NCBI GenBank assembly: GCA_002104905.1
Contig: MCFE01000067.1
Location: 124,001-188,000, forward strand
Reading direction: 5' to 3'
Source: Basidiobolus meristosporus CBS 931.73
Taxonomy: Eukaryota > Fungi > Basidiobolomycota
DNA: 64,000 nt
Both the position numbers and the translations under genes were made by a program. Position 1 is the stretch's first letter, and each line of letters starts with the position of its first letter. The notes under the pieces were generated by a model that saw nothing but the letters and a program-made list of their open reading frames with translations, did no database searches and had not been told where the DNA came from. This document shows, piece by piece, positions 12,997-25,261 of the stretch.

Positions 12997-15511
12997 CGTT
13001 TCAAGTCACGGCAAGTTGCTACTTTCTCCGTGAGATAACTGGCTTTGCTGCTGGGGAAGAAATGAAATAGCAGAGAAAAAGTCCACTCGGAACCAGGGGG
13101 TTTCCAGGCTCTAGTAATTTTCAACGAAATACAATTTTTTCAATCTTGTTCGCATGCCACTCCCACTGTTCCGGAATCTCCTGACCGAAAACTGCACCCT
13201 GCCCTCTTCATTCCAGAAAAAAGTGGATTTCGATCACAACAATTTGAAATTCGGTAAATCGATTTTGAGCGTATTCTTCCCCTGAGCACAAGATTTGAAA
13301 TGCGAGCTAAAAGGTGCACTGACTCTGTTCACCGCTAGCAAGTCATCCCAGAAGTCGGTGGATATAGTGGCTTTGATGTTGGCGTAAAAGCATGTCGCAA
13401 TACTAATATGGTCAAAACTAGCGAGTTGATGTGGCCAGTGTTCTCAGACAGCAACCAGAAGCAGTCCGGTTTTGTAATAAGGCACTACCGCACTGAACCT
13501 ATTTATTCACATGAAAACCAAATTTGCTTGGTGAGTAAAGGAGCATCCATACCAGTTAGGAAACCAAATGCGAAGTAATCCCCGAAATGGGCTTATTGCC
13601 TACTCACACCTCGCATCAGCCCTCTCCCTCCACACGAAACCTTGTTGAGCCAGCATTGATCAGATACACGTAATGCTACATCCCTCAGCTCCCTCCACAC
13701 CTCATTCTCAACCTTGTTACTAAGCGGTCCTCCTTAATCAGACCTCCTCACTCCAAACACTTTTGTAATTAATCTTCCTCACTTGAAATACTGTTGAAGC
13801 TTATCTAGTCCAAGCAGTATTGCACACAGAATGTTCTTGAAACATGTAACTGATCCCAATAGGCTGCACTGTATCATTGCAATATTAATGTTACTCTGGG
13901 CGTATGCTATGTATAATGTTTCACGAGCGACTGGTGCTCTGACCATATACCATGGGAGTTGAGCGTACACCAATGAGATTGAACTAGGATCAAAGTAACT
14001 GGTAACGAAGGGGCCAGATACGTAAGCGCTGGCGTTGTGGAGGAGAGATCCTCCGGCTGTTGATCAACTTGCTTCCTATTCATAGAATGTACTTCGCGTC
14101 CATCCAAACCATTAGGCTTCTGATGGAAGAAATGAAGTAGCAATGCATATGGTGACAGAGACATTCCTACTCAAGTTCGAAACTGAGTCCTCAACGCGGT
14201 CCCATGCTTGCTTTCTCCACATCCTCATCTAGCCAAATACCAACTGCGTCATTTGGAAATATCGAACAATAGTAGATTGGCTGGTTGGGAGTGCATGGTA
14301 GGTAGATTGGTTTGATATCTATCGCAAACATACGGGCTTATTGTCAGTAAAAGAGGTTTCATTGTGTTTGGTTATGTGTAGTTGTGGCAACAGAGGGATC
14401 TCAGATGATGTCAGTATTTGTTGACCCGCACTGACTCTAATCTGATCCGTGAGTTTCATCTAAGGAGGCACATACCTATCTGACTGGTATAATCTAAGGA
14501 AGTGTATATCTATCTGACTGGTACAGGGAGCAGTGTGAGTCTGAAGAACAAACCCATTGGCTCTCTGGACAGAATTTCACCTATCGTTGTTACATTAGTG
14601 ATTCGGATGCCATGGAAAGGATCCAGGCTTACTCAGTTATTACCATAGTCAGCAAGGCTGGATATATCCCAAGTGTTTCGCAAAACGTCAATCAGACTTC
14701 GAGATACTCAATATGGACATACTTTCATTGAGCTGGGTCCGAAATTGGCAAAAAGGGATGAACAAGTGACATCAACTAGTTAGGGATTAACTTGGTAACC
14801 AGTTAGAATGGTGTGGTGATAATCACTATATAATAGAGATCTATGAATTCCAAGGTAGCCAACACCTAGCGTTGTGGCCATCCTTGCACAAGAATGATGG
14901 TCAGCTCCTATAATGATCAGACCACATCTGTCATCATGGCAATCAATATTGATCAGACCACATCTGTAATCATAGCAATCAATATTGATCTCTAATGTAT
15001 GATGGCTGAAAGGCAGCGGATTGATATGATACCTAAAAAGGTCTGTGTAAGCTCAGGTGTAGCCACTTGATTAAAGCGAAATCCGGTGTGTATATGGATG
15101 TAGGTTGGATGAATGGCCCTATCATAGTTTCTGATTCATGGTGGATGGATTTGTAACGGAATCTAGCATAGCACGTGTAGCAGCAGGAAGCATGGAATCG
15201 GCACAAAACTTATAGAAATGCGTAATCCACATCTGCTGTATCCTCTCGACCAAAAGCCCGTGTTGGGAGAGGGGGAACCTATATACAACTGGGGTACGGT
15301 GTCAAACACCCGATGAACTTTATTACAAATACTACCAAAATGTCCAAAAATGTGACAACAATCCGCTCTCGAATCCACCTCTGAATCATGGATTGACTGG
15401 AGAGATCAGATCAGAAAACGTTCTCCAAATTCAATCCTAGTAACAAGAATACTCTGGGTTTGTTGTGGGTTCAACAGCGGATCATCATAGCATCCTTGTG
15501 TCCATTAACCC

Positions 15512-15532
15512 TATATATATATATATATATAT
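15512..15532. repeat. (TA)n microsatellite
   Basis: About 10 TA units, seen directly. Confidence 0.9.
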
Positions 15533-15798
15533 CCATTATGTATACTTCAATACTTGGTGCACACAAATGATAGTTCTAGAGATCCACATTTTCCCCCAAG
15601 GTGATTGCTTATTTCAAATATGCTGACTCTGACCATTGACTCATCCGAATTCAACCAGAGATTTCATCCAGAATAGGTACATAATTAATATAGGGGTGAC
15701 TTTGCCAAACCTTGCGGCGAGGTTACGGTTGCTACCAAGGCTTATATATAAAGGCGGGTGACCCTCGGGCATTTTACCAAACCACCTATTGGAAAAAA

Positions 15799-16638
15799 AT
15801 GCCCCAGGGACACACCGCAAAACTCAACGTTCGGGTGGCGCTGTTCGTGCTAAAACTTTACAAGTAGCTTTATTTCAACAACACTTCCTCCCCACTCGCA
15901 CTGACCAGAACTGTTGGTTTGTAGCATCCTTTCGGAACAAACATACTCGGATATCATTGCTTGGGAGCGGTCAGGCTCTGGGTTTATTATCAAAGACCAG
16001 GCTGGCTTCACTTCCAAGGTGCTTCCCCAATATTATGAAACCAGAAAGTTCACTTCCTTCACTCGTCAGTTAAATGTAGGTTGAAATGGTGAAACCTCAC
16101 CTGGAGTTTCCTCCTCCCCTCATAAGAACTTGCACTAACCTACCCACAGATTTATGGCTTCTATCGGGTTTCCGACCGAAGAAGGTCCAAACAAGAATTC
16201 GATGGGTCGACAATCATCTACTCCCACCGATACTTCAGACGCGACCAACCAGACTCCCTATATTTAATTCAGCGGGTGTCTGGGCCCTATTCCCAGGCGA
16301 GAGCGAAATACACCACAACCCCTAAGGTGGCGCTGAAACCGAAAACGCCACAGTCCACAGAAACGCGAAGGATTATGTACCAGGAGAGTCAGCCAGGTGC
16401 TTGTACAAATTGTGAGATACTCAACCAAGAAATATCGAATCTAAGGAAAATCATCGACCACTACACAACCCTCCTCAGCGAGCCACCGGCAGTAGCCGAG
16501 TGGAAACCAATCACCTGTCAAGAGAAATCGAACGATACCCTGTACTTTATAGACAACTCATCACCCACCTATTGTTGCGATTTCTCTACCATGTTCACCG
16601 GACAGATCCCCTTTTTGGGCAATTTTACTGAATTTTGA
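15799..16638 (+). CDS. Small HSF-type DNA-binding-domain transcription factor, 2 introns
   Basis: Spliced FVLKLY..ILSEQTYSDIIAWERSGSGFIIKDQAGFTSKVLPQYYETRKFTSFTRQLN/IYGFYRVSDRR = HSF winged-helix domain; short C-terminal coiled coil; TATATAAA near 15745. Confidence 0.8.
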
Positions 16639-16757
16639 TTTGGTGTAAGTAAAGTGAAAATGATGCATACCCTCTTGATACATGGTTCGTTTATTGACTG
16701 ATAAATGTACACATACTACGGTGATGCTGAGGAATAGATAGGGGGATGAGCTTTGAT

Positions 16758-19499
16758 CTAGAAGTTGACGATGGACTCGGGCTTGAAGTTCAGCTTCTCA
16801 AGGACTGGTGCGCATCCGCATTCAAGCATAGGAGCAGGCCCGCACAACAATATGAGGGATTTGCTCTCTTCGGTAGAGGGCTGGGGAAGGTGGGTCTTGC
16901 ACATCTCCAAGTTGACAAAGCCAACAGAGTATTTCCAGTCAGCCTCGGTGCACTTGTCAACAGTGTACCACACCTTGAACTGCTCTGGGTGCTCTTGGGT
17001 GAGACGGTCCAACTCATCGCGAAGCAGGATGTCATCGGGGCTGCGGTTGGCGAAGACCAAGGAGAGCTTGGTCTTGTCGTTGGGGTTTCTGAGGACCGAT
17101 TTGATGACTTGGAGGACAGGGGTGATGCCACTGCCGCCAGCAATCATACCAATGTGGTCGACGGTGCCCTTGGTTTGGCCGTTGTTGAGGTTGTAGTTAC
17201 CGCAGCCCTCGTAGACGAAGTGGCCAATAGGGCCCTTCATTTCAACGGTATCTCCGATCTTCAAGCTGTCGAGGTATTGGGACATGACTCCACCCTCGGG
17301 GAACATAGGGTCGGTGTTCTTGCGGTACACCTTGATGACCAGGTCGACGTGGCCCAATTCCTCATCCAACGAGTTGGGAGTGTATGCACGGACAACATTC
17401 TCTCCGTTGATCTTGGCCTTCAAGTAGACGTGCTTGCCCACTGGGAGACCCATGCGATGCTTGCTACTTGGAAGTTGGAAGCGCAGCAGGATGGTGTTGT
17501 GAGTGATCTGGATCTTCTCGATCAAGGGGAATGTGCGGTATTCTCTTGGCGCAAGGGCGACGGCACTGTCGATCTCGTTCTGGGGGACATTCTGGGTGTT
17601 CTTCTTCATCTCGCCCTCCAATTCACCCACGTAGTACTTCTCCAAGATCTCGTGGGCATTGGTGGAGTGGACAGCAACGAAATCCTCGGTACAGTCCATG
17701 GCTGCGTTGAGGGTGAGACTCTCAGCGCCGCCCGGATGCTCCTTGATGAAGTCGGTCACGTCGTACACCCTCTTGTTAATAACCATCCAGCAGTCATCAG
17801 GCTGGTTGTGCTTGCTGATCTCTTCTTGGGTGAAGCTCTTGTCGCCCTTTGGCTTCTCGACCGGCTTCTCCTCGGTCTTTTGTCCACCGTACTTGTCAAC
17901 CATCCAGCCTTCCTTCTCGGAGACACAGGGGTGCTGGAATCTGAAGACCATCTCGCCCTCGTCATTCTCCTCGAGGTTGACCTTCAATCTGAAGTAGCAG
18001 TTGTTCATCTGGCCAATAATGTTCCAGGTGATGTTAACAGGTTGGGTGTTGAGTGTGGAGTCCCAAGCACGGACAATGATTTCCTCGCATCTGAGCAATT
18101 TGTTGAGAGGAAGATCGTAAGACCACAGAGCCCAGGCCCAGTACTTCTTACTGATAGGTGAGGGGTCGTGTCGGTCGATGTTGGCCAGGATCCAGGACTT
18201 GCCGTCGTCGAGGGATAACTCGACACGAGTGACCTTGCTGCCGTTACCGGTGTAGGCGTAACCACGGCACTTGTAGGTAGGCTGAGAGATGGGGACTACC
18301 TCGTTGTTTCGGGGGTAGGCGAAAGCGGAGTTGATGTTCATTGGGTTGATGATGTAACTGGGGTTTTGCCACCAATTGTCTCTGACGGACTCCTCGAATT
18401 CAACGTGGGAGGGGATGATACGGTTGTCGTAGATGTGGTACCAGTTGTCAGACTCGACCTTGGAGACGAAGATCTTCTTGACCCACTTGACCATACGTCC
18501 ACCAATAATGCCTGGGACGAGGAGTCTGATGGGGAAACCGTGATCGGGGGAGAGTGGGACTCCATTCATCTCGTAGGCCATGAGCACCTCGTTGTCCTCG
18601 TTCATGGCATATTTGTAGCTGATGCTGGTGGCGTAGAGACCGTTGGGGAGCATCTCGGCTCCTTCGAAGTGAACATGCCAGTCATCCTCCTCTTCGGTGG
18701 GAACCTGAACCCCGCAAGCAAGAAGCAAGTCTCTAAGCATGAGACCACCAAAGATAGAGGTGGAAACGCCAGCGGAGCCCCAACTGAAACCTTTGGATTG
18801 TTTGACGAGGTTGACCTCTCTACGACGGTTACCAGCGCAAGGGAAGGTGACGGGGAACTGTCTCTTGGGGAAACCAGCCAACTCGTCCATGGTGAAGGTC
18901 TTGGGGTTGTCAACCAAACCGGTCACCTCCAAAGTGTGAGTCTCCCAGTCAAGCTTGGGGACAAGACCGTGGTTGCGTACGTAGAAGGTGGCATTGGATG
19001 TGATGTAACCCTCATCGAAAAGTATAGTTGGATCGGGCTCACCATTGAAAGGGTGCTTGCCGGTAAGTCTAATTAATTTGGGATGTCTCTTAATCCAGTT
19101 ATCTGGCGTTTGCTCGTCGCGCTTGTCGAACACGATCTCCTCGTCGGCAGCGAATTTAGGGAAGCTCTTGTAAATCATCCTGGCCTCGCTATCTATATTG
19201 TGTCTAAGTAGGTTTGGGTGGCATTCCACCATGACTTTATGTGATTTATATATGTGCTTGGACCTGCTAAAGAGTCCTTTATCCGACATTCCATTTCCAT
19301 CGTTAAGCGGTCGAGGTCCATCTCCTATTAGATCGAAATAGTCAAGCCATACCTCGAAAATCTCTACTCCATTGGCCATTGGCTCACAGTCCAAGCGATT
19401 CCAAACCGGTGGATATCTAACATCAGCCAGGAAGATTCTCCCAAAAGATATCAGTCTAGACATTGCATGTCCAAATATGGTAACAAAAGCAATAAGCAC
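16758..19499 (-). CDS. niaD: Assimilatory nitrate reductase (Moco, dimerisation, cytochrome b5, FAD and NAD(P)H domains); intronless; true start may be the ATG at 19178
   Basis: LIRLTGKHPFNGEP, FYVRNHG, CAGNRR (Moco Cys), HPGG heme motif, RAYTP, GGSGITP, CGP. Confidence 0.92.
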   Translation of the reverse strand: MLIAFVTIFGHAMSRLISFGRIFLADVRYPPVWNRLDCEPMANGVEIFEVWLDYFDLIGDGPRPLNDGNGMSDKGLFSRSKHIYKSHKVMVECHPNLLRHNIDSEARMIYKSFPKFAADEEIVFDKRDEQTPDNWIKRHPKLIRLTGKHPFNGEPDPTILFDEGYITSNATFYVRNHGLVPKLDWETHTLEVTGLVDNPKTFTMDELAGFPKRQFPVTFPCAGNRRREVNLVKQSKGFSWGSAGVSTSIFGGLMLRDLLLACGVQVPTEEEDDWHVHFEGAEMLPNGLYATSISYKYAMNEDNEVLMAYEMNGVPLSPDHGFPIRLLVPGIIGGRMVKWVKKIFVSKVESDNWYHIYDNRIIPSHVEFEESVRDNWWQNPSYIINPMNINSAFAYPRNNEVVPISQPTYKCRGYAYTGNGSKVTRVELSLDDGKSWILANIDRHDPSPISKKYWAWALWSYDLPLNKLLRCEEIIVRAWDSTLNTQPVNITWNIIGQMNNCYFRLKVNLEENDEGEMVFRFQHPCVSEKEGWMVDKYGGQKTEEKPVEKPKGDKSFTQEEISKHNQPDDCWMVINKRVYDVTDFIKEHPGGAESLTLNAAMDCTEDFVAVHSTNAHEILEKYYVGELEGEMKKNTQNVPQNEIDSAVALAPREYRTFPLIEKIQITHNTILLRFQLPSSKHRMGLPVGKHVYLKAKINGENVVRAYTPNSLDEELGHVDLVIKVYRKNTDPMFPEGGVMSQYLDSLKIGDTVEMKGPIGHFVYEGCGNYNLNNGQTKGTVDHIGMIAGGSGITPVLQVIKSVLRNPNDKTKLSLVFANRSPDDILLRDELDRLTQEHPEQFKVWYTVDKCTEADWKYSVGFVNLEMCKTHLPQPSTEESKSLILLCGPAPMLECGCAPVLEKLNFKPESIVNF

Positions 19500-20311
19500 A
19501 TTGGAGTGACATTTTTGTCGAGACTACTTCCTAACATGGTACCCACATGATGTCCCGCACATTAATGTTCAATCAATAGGTGAATTAAGTGGAGTCCCAC
19601 CATCGATCTGTTGATGCTGGACCCATCATTTACCAAGATGAGATATGGATTGAACAAATCCAGAATGGCTTGGACAAATAAAACAATTTGGCAAATGGGC
19701 TTTCTTGGATGAGGCGAGGTCCCAAATATGATTGGCGGTGGTCTAACGATCGATTAATGCAGCTTACCCTTAAGGAAATATAAACCCACAGAGCTAGGTC
19801 AACCTGGTTTACTTCCACTTGCTCACTCACTCACTTGCTAAATGGGTTCAATTACAAATCGTTATGCAAAATAGCAATAGCTTGACCCTAAAGTGAATGA
19901 TGACTTAGAGATAATGCCTCATTGCGCGTCTTCATCGAAGGAGTGTCAACCAGTTAGTGCACGAGCCTTAATTTTAAAATATCTCTGCTTATATATATAC
20001 GCGTTTATCCCCGGGTCTAGGTATGCCGCAAACATTCCATCTTCCAGGAGGACTACATTACTGCCATTCATTGCACTTTCCCGCACACTAACTAAACTAT
20101 CTTATAATCCAATTCCCCAATTTGGTAACATTGGTCTTTCAGACAAGTGGTTAAGCTTCGATTAAGTTAGCCCCTTTGGCTCAGAGTTTGACTAAGTTGA
20201 CAATACGTAGGTTTACATTCACCGGAGGTTTATTTGAATAGGCGATGGTGTAGGGTAGAAGGTGCTTGAAGCATTTACATCATTATAAAGATAGAAAGCA
20301 GTATCAAGTGT

Positions 20312-20849
20312 TTAAGATCTGGGCTTCTCCTTCTTCTCCTTGTACAAAGCAAGGAGGGAGACACCGGAGACCTTGACGACCTTGAAACGAACACCTGGAA
20401 TATCACCAACGGCACGTCCCTTACGACCGAAACCGGAGATGAGAACTTCATCGTTCTCCTCGACGAAGTTCAAACAACCATCGTTGGGAACGAAGGCGGT
20501 GATCTTCTTACCGTTCTTGATCAATTGGACACGAACGCACTTACGAATGGCGGAGTTAGGCTGCTTGGCTTCGACACCAATCTTTTCCAAGACGATACCC
20601 TTGGCGTGGGAAGACCCACCGAAGGGGGAGGACTTGAAAGCGGTACCGAGGGCACGCTTCTTGTATTGTTTGTCGGCCCAACGTTCTTCGCGACGGTGGT
20701 TGCGAAGCTTGCGAGCGGCTTGAAGACCTCTAGGCTTACCCTTACCTGCGTTAATCAAGGTCGGTTAGCATGGTGATCGAACATGTATGCGTAGATCCTA
20801 GGAATGGATGGGTCCATCCATCGGCTTGCTATCCAAGAAACTTACCCAT
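20312..20849 (-). CDS. RPS23: 40S ribosomal protein S23 (uS12); 4-nt first exon ATGG at 20846-20849, intron 20746-20845
   Basis: [14 protein letters not shown]...[21 protein letters not shown]...KEKPRS. Confidence 0.95.
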
Positions 20850-21160
20850 TTTAGTAGGATATCAAACGGTTGAAAGAGGGGGTATCCATGCGAGAGGTAG
20901 ACTTTTTATTTTCCGGCAACCACGTCAAAATTTTGGGTCGGATGTGGGGATCACGTGGATGGCCGAGACGGCATCAACTTTGACATACCTTATCCCAGAT
21001 GGCATAACTCCCGGGCGAAGCAAGAAAAAAAAATCATGAGATTTCCTGTATGCGCTCGAGTAAGAAAAGAAAAAAAATCGGCTGGATTTTCAGGGTGAAT
21101 GGGAATGTGAATGGGCTAGCATACTGGTTCTGGTTCGTTCTTGCAACCATAAGCATTCTC

Positions 21161-24100
21161 ATGGAACAACGCGAAAACAAGGCACATAGAGTACGTCAGG
21201 CCGGACCCAAGTCCGACAAGGCCCGTCGTAAGAATGAAGAAAAGAACAACCCCAAAGTAACGTCGAACGCCGAACATGGTCGCAGTTTCATGTGCTCATT
21301 CTCCCTTCTCTTTCCATCCGTTTTAGGCATTCGCTTCGTTCTCCGGTCGCAAGGCAGAGAAAATTATTCGCAGAAATGCCGACCGCGACCAAAAGAAATT
21401 GCACGTCCCTTTGGTTGATCGTACTCCGATTGAGGCGCCACCAGTGGTGGTTGCGGTTGTTGGGCCTCCCGGGGTAAGTTTCCTGTAGCATTTATGTCGG
21501 GTCAGCTGAGATATTAAATATGCCAGTGTAGTCAGGAAAGAGTACTCTTATCAAGTCCCTCGTGAAGAAATACACGAAACACAACTTGAACGAAATCAAG
21601 GGACCCATCACGGTCATCTCCGGCAAGAAGCGTAGATTAACGTTTATCGAGTGCACGAACGACATGAACGCCATGATCGATGTTGCCAAAGTGGCGGATT
21701 TGGTTCTATTGCTGATCGACGCATCCTTCGGCTTCGAGATGGTAAGCATTCACACACTCTGGACAAGTCACTTGGGGGGTCGTATTTAATTAGAAGCGCT
21801 CTTAGGAAACATTCGAATTCCTCAACGTCCTTCAGGCGCATGGATTCCCCAAGATCATGGGTATCCTGACACATTTAGACAAGTTCCGGGACAACAAGAA
21901 GTTGCGCAAGACCAAGAAAAGATTGAAGAATCGATTCTGGACCGAGATCTATCAGGGTGCCAAGTTGTTCTACCTTTCCGGAGTGCTTAATGGAAGGTAT
22001 CCCAACACTGAGATCCTGAACTTGTCCAGATTCATCTCTGTGATGAAGTTCCGTCCATTGATCTGGAGAAACACTCACCCGTATCTGTTGGCGGATCGTA
22101 TTGAAGACATCACTGATCCTGAAGAGGTTCGTCAGAATCCAAAGATCGATCGCGATGTCACTCTCTATGGCTACCTTCGTGGTACGAACTTCAAGCCGGG
22201 AATGAAGGTTCACATTCCTGGTTCCGGAGATCACGTTGTGGAGGAGATCGACATCATCAATGACCCATGTCCTCTTCCCGAGAAGGTGCGCAAGAGTTTG
22301 AGCGAGAAGCAAAAGCTCATCTACGCACCGATGTCTGACGTGGGCGGTATCATGTACGACAAGGATGCTGTCTACATCAACATTCCTGGAAGTTTCACCA
22401 AGAAGAGTCAGTACGCCAAAGACGAGGAGGTGGATGAGGACGAAATTGATCCCGAGGCCGAGGCTGGCCCTGGTGAAAAGATGGTCATGAATCTGCAGGA
22501 TGCTGACGATACCTTGGAAGACCAGCTGCAACAGAGTGAGCTGAGACTCTTCACCAACTCTGCGCCCATGAAGGCCGACTCCATCGCCACCAATGGACCC
22601 ACCGAGTCCCTGGAGGAAGATGAAAGCGGTAGAGTTAGAAGAAGAGCCGTCTTCGGCGACGCTGATGAGGAAGACGACAACTCCGACGAGGATGATGACA
22701 ATGAGGAGGAAGACGATGAGGCATATGAATCTGACGAGCAGGGTCAAGCCAGACGTGCTGCCGTCAAGGATTACACTGGAACGAAGAAGCATCCCGACTC
22801 TGACGACGACAAGGAGGAAGAGTATGCATTTGCCGAGAGTGACAGTGATTTGGGTGAATACAGCCAGGAGGAAGACACCGACTTCGATGGATCCCTTAGA
22901 TGGAAGTCAGATTTGGTTGAGAAGGCCAAGAGCTCGTTCTACGAGAAAAGGAGAACCAACCTGATGCAACTTGTTTACGGGGACAAGGATCCCGAGCTCA
23001 TCTATAACGGCGAAGTAAGCGAAGAAGATAGCCAGAGCGAGGAGGAGGCGAGCGATGACGATTTGTTCACCGTCAAGAAAGCCCCCAAAGCAACGGCTGA
23101 ATCACCCTTCACCGACTCGTGCAAATCCAGCCTCATCCCTGACGATGACCTTGCACAGTGGGACGATGATGACACCCTGGACTCTATTCGTAACAGATTC
23201 ATCACCGGCAGCTTAGACGAGGAAGCCCAAGAAGACGGTGCCCAGAAACCCGACGACGAAGAGGAGGTCTACGGTGATTTCGAGGATCTTGAAACCGGGG
23301 AGGTTGTCCAAGCGCCAGAGGCCGAGGAGGAAGAGAAGACTCCCGAAGAGCTGGAGAGAGAGGCGATCGCCAAAAAGAAGGAAGACCTCAAGAAAAAGTT
23401 CGACGCCGAATATGATGGTGATGAGGATGAGGACAAGGGAGATTTCTATGAGGAAGCCAAGGAGGCCATCGCCAAGCAACTCCAGCTTAACCGTGAAGAG
23501 TTCGAGGACGATGACCCTCTTGTTCGTGCCCAGGTAGAGGGATTCCGTGCCGGTACGTATGTTCGTATGGTGTTCAAAGGCATGCCATGTGAGTTCGTCC
23601 AGCACTTCGACCCCGTTTACCCGGTTATCGTCGGCGGCCTACTGTCCAACGAGGAAAACTTCGGATTCATCCAGGTGCGTATCAAGCGTCATCGTTGGCA
23701 CAAGAAGATCCTCAAGACGAACGATCCATTGATCTTTTCTCTCGGTTGGAGACGCTTCCAATCCATGCCAATCTACTCGTTGGACGACCGCATCCGCAAC
23801 CGTATGCTGAAGTATACCCCGGAGCACATGCATTGTCTGGCCACTTTCTACGGGCCCATCACCCCTCCCAACACCGGTTTCTGCTGCGTTCAATCGGTCT
23901 CGAAGAGCACGCCCAACTTCCGAATCTGCGCCACCGGAGTGGTCCTTGATATCGATCACTCGGTCGAGATCGTGAAGAAGCTCAAGCTGACCGGTGTCCC
24001 CTACAAAGTCCACAAGAACTCCGCCTTCATCAAGGACATGTTCACATCAGCCCTGGAGGTGGCCAAATTCGAGGGCGCTCATATCCGAACCGTCTCGGGC

Positions 24101-24748
24101 ATTCGTGGTCAAGTGAAGAAACCGCTGGCCAAGCCGGACGGTCACTTCAGAGCCACGTTCGAGGACAAGGTGCTGATGAGCGACATTGTGTTCTTGCGTG
24201 CTTGGTATCCTATTAAGCCCCGTAAGTTCTACAACCCCGTCACCTCTCTCCTGCTGTCGTCCAAGAAGACATGGCAAGGAATGAGGTTGATCTCGGAGAT
24301 CAGACACGAGAAGAACATGTCCGCCCCCTCCAACCCCGACTCCCACTACAAGGACATCCATCGGGAAACCCGTAAATTCAACCCACTCAAGGTTCCCAGA
24401 CAGCTCCAATCCGAATTGCCCTTCTCCTCCAAGCCTAAGCAGCTTGCCAAGCAAAAACGACCAGGACTCCTTCAAAGAAGAGCGGTCGTGCTCGAGCCCC
24501 ACGAGAAGCGGATCTACTCCCTCATGCAGCAGATCCAGACCCTCAAGAAGGACAAGGACCGCAAGCGTAAGCTCAAGCAAGCCGAGCGCAAGGAGGTCCA
24601 CAAGAAGAAGGTCGCCAAGGAGGAAGAGAAATACAACGAGCGACAGAAGAGAGACAGAAGAGAGTTCTTCAAGAAGGAGGGGCTGGCCCAAAAGCGCACC
24701 GCCGCCCAAGCCTCCGGCCGATATGCCAAGAAGAGCAAAACCGAGTAA
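21161..24748 (+). CDS. BMS1: Ribosome biogenesis GTPase Bms1, 3 introns; apparent 1-nt frameshift near 21360
   Basis: NPK/AFA..., [79 protein letters not shown]. Confidence 0.95.
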
Positions 24749-25261
24749 TTCAATAGGATTGGATATCAAATGTATAATACAAAGACTGCTCAAGACTACT
24801 CTTACCCTACATCGCTTGCCCCCCTCGGGAGCATTCCTTCCTCGTCTAGATATACAGTCCTCCCTGCCATTTATTATTCATGAGTAATATAGAAATACGA
24901 TACTACGGGTTGTTAGCTAGCATACGCTCGCACATGACCAGATCAATTCAATTCCGAATCACTTTATTTACTAAACAATTTAGAATACATCAGATCAAAC
25001 CAAGTCTAAATGCTACCGGTAGAATGGCACAGAAAGTGAGGCCAACAGAGAGAAATATCAAGCAGATCCTCTCCTCGGGGAAGAGGACGATGACTGATCA
25101 AAAGTGTTAGTAGATGTAGAGCAGGTGGTGATCCATTGGCAGAGATGTTAATTGCGGAAGGTTGCTTCCTAAAAATGGCGCTTTTTCTTTTCATGTCAAA
25201 TTTAATCGATCATTCAATTGCTGGAATTTTGGTTAAGAAATAATGATTGAGATAGACTTAA

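Noticed and set aside
14916-14992. Short two-copy tandem duplications (about 36 bp here; also about 11803-11850 and 48516-48579)
   Set aside because: Two units only, in intergenic DNA, consistent with ordinary slippage.
19179-19499. 107-codon N-terminal extension of the nitrate reductase ORF as a novel domain
   Set aside because: Composition differs from the conserved coding part and there is no motif; the ATG at 19178 gives a normal NR start. Needs transcript data.
20850-21160. RPS23-BMS1 divergent promoter as a ribosome-biogenesis regulon with PAC/RRPE motifs
   Set aside because: Head-to-head spacing is typical of this compact block and I could not find convincing motif matches.
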